Positions 62,160 to 64,000 of a stretch of DNA of 64,000 nt are shown here, piece after piece. Source of the stretch: Tubiluchus corallicola. Lineage: Eukaryota > Animalia > Priapulida. Made by a program: the position numbers and the translations under genes. Under the pieces are notes generated by a model. That model did not search any database. It was not told the origin of the DNA and saw nothing but the letters and a program-made list of their open reading frames with translations. The stretch's first letter is position 1. The number at the start of each line of letters is the position of its first letter. The DNA is taken from contig JAQGDQ010000482.1 in the NCBI GenBank assembly GCA_030141605.1, positions 105,939 through 169,938 of the forward strand, read 5' to 3'.

Positions 62160-63680
62160 TTTACACTGCCTAGCTGTTTTTCTTGTCGTTACCTTTTCTG
62201 CAAATCTTTTAACTGCTTTTTATACTACCGAATATACATGGATAGATCCAGGAAGTAATTACGAGTAGAATTAGGTACGTGTATTCTAGGTGGTCACATT
62301 TTCTGCATCTAGAGCGTGGTACTAGTTTAGAAAAATGACGAAGCAAAAATACACGACTTGGGAACAGATTTGCACAGAGAAAAAAGGTTTAAATTGTTAA
62401 GAAACTTCATCCAAGTAATTGTACAAAACGTAACAAGGTTATTAAAACAAAACTGGACCCAATCTTAAACTGTGGTCAAAACAATCTACTCTTTAAAATA
62501 TTGAAAGAAAACATACTGTTTTTTAAAGAAGGACTTACGTGAAAGAGTTAATGTCACACAAACACAATTTCACGTTTGCGCCACTAGTTTTTCGCTGTTA
62601 CTTGGATTTCGCCATTCGCTAGTTAGACGGGCATTTCGAAAACGCGTTGAACAAAGAACAGGTGATGTACCTCTTAGTTCAGATGTGTTAGTTTTTAACG
62701 AAGTACCCACGTTCGACAGCTCATGCGTGAGCACAGAGTGTGGCAAATGTGAAATTTGAATTTTTATCTTAAAACTTGCCTAGTTTTAGTACAACACACT
62801 GAATATCTTACAATAGCACTGTACTTCAATTTTCGCTCTCGCAAACACGCTGCAATACGCTCGTGGTATATTTTTGCTGTTGAAAATTATGTTAGTTTGT
62901 GATGTTAGCAATAGTTGGGCTCGCCTGCCGTTAATTAAGTTTTTAATCTATTATCTAATTATCAAAAAACGGTTTTGCAGTATTTCTGGTGTTAAAATGT
63001 ATACTTTTATCCTACTTGAAAATGTGGTAGTATATGAAAAATCATCCTGTCTTCCTTTAACAAACTTAACCCGAACAATTGTGCAAAACTTAACAAGACT
63101 GTTTAGTAAAATCCATAACCCACCCAATTTTCGATTGACAGGTTTGTATCCTAGATTGGGATGAAGATTAGGCTTGGCTATATGCGAATATAGAAGGAAG
63201 AAATTAAATACAGTTATATATAATATGTGCATAAATGCAGTGCAAGATTAAGTGGTTATAGCTAAATGTTATTACACATAAGATTACATGCACATATACA
63301 TTAGTTCAATGTGAAAACACATACCAACCAAAATAATGAAAATTAATATTCATATAAAAGGATTATTGATTTTTATGAACAATCTTGTTAAGTTTGTACG
63401 ATTATTTGGATTAAGTTTGTTAACAATTTAAACCTTTTTTCTCGGTGAAAATCTGTTCCCAAGTCGCGTATTTTCACGTCGTTATTTTGCCAAACTTCTG
63501 CCACCCTGCCACCCTGCCACCCTCTAGCTACAGAAAATGACACGACTTAGAGTACACCTGCCTAGTCTTTTGTATTTGCTTCCTAGATCCATCCATGTAC
63601 AGATTCATCCAGTATAAAAAAAAGCAGTTTAAACATGTCAAAAAAAGGTTTCGAAGGGAGAAACGGACAGTGTGTTATCT
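62160..63680. mobile_element. Long diverged inverted repeat (arms ~62160-62440 and ~63375-63680) containing Kolobok-like copy 3 (62446-63056, minus)
   Basis: For example cgacttgggaacagattt..gagaaaaaaggtttaaattgtta vs taacaatttaaaccttttttctc..aaatctgttcccaagtcg; the inner element is flanked by TTAA on both sides. Confidence 0.7.
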
Positions 63681-64000
63681 TAGAAATAGTATACAGTAAA
63701 CTGCAGCATTGGGGCTACTGCAATTTTGGTTTTAGACTTGAAAAGAAATCTACCTCAATGCGTTTGGCAAATAAAAAAACGGTTTTTTCGTATGCCCTAG
63801 GTTTGGAAATTGTTTCTGTTCGTTCATGACGTCACATTTTCATCACCAAGTTACCATCCGACATAACGAAATCACATACACTACAACAGCATAATTAACG
63901 CTAATGTCTCATGTAAATCTACGCCAGACAAATAAATGTTGTTTATTTTGCTCTTTCATGAAAATGAAGAATGCGTTGTTAGAACTCAGTTTCAAAAATT

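Overview
AT-rich genomic DNA from an invertebrate animal (GT-AG introns, dense transposon debris; the taxon cannot be determined). I can support three host genes. (1) The 3' part of a RasGEF1-family gene on + (seven exons, 1-4119), largely missed by the ORF track. (2) An ELOVL3/6-type fatty-acid elongase with an intronless CDS on - (14020-14958). (3) The first three exons of a GABA-B-receptor-like class C GPCR on + (58624-61175). The rest is mostly mobile DNA: a broken Charlie/Buster hAT with its MITE, RTE, CR1/L2-group, RTEX-like and CRE-like LINE fragments, a decayed BEL/Pao element, a Gypsy integrase fragment, a solo LTR, head-to-tail non-autonomous Helitrons, several MITEs, and micro/minisatellites. 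The most unusual structures are a 4-kb array in which one core alternates with two spacers, a 105-bp in-frame repeat that multiplies a GPCR splice donor six times, a Penelope-type minimal hammerhead ribozyme candidate, and four LINE 3' stem-loops sharing a fold but not a sequence. I found no convincing wholly new system. All calls are by-eye readings and family recall; no searches were run.
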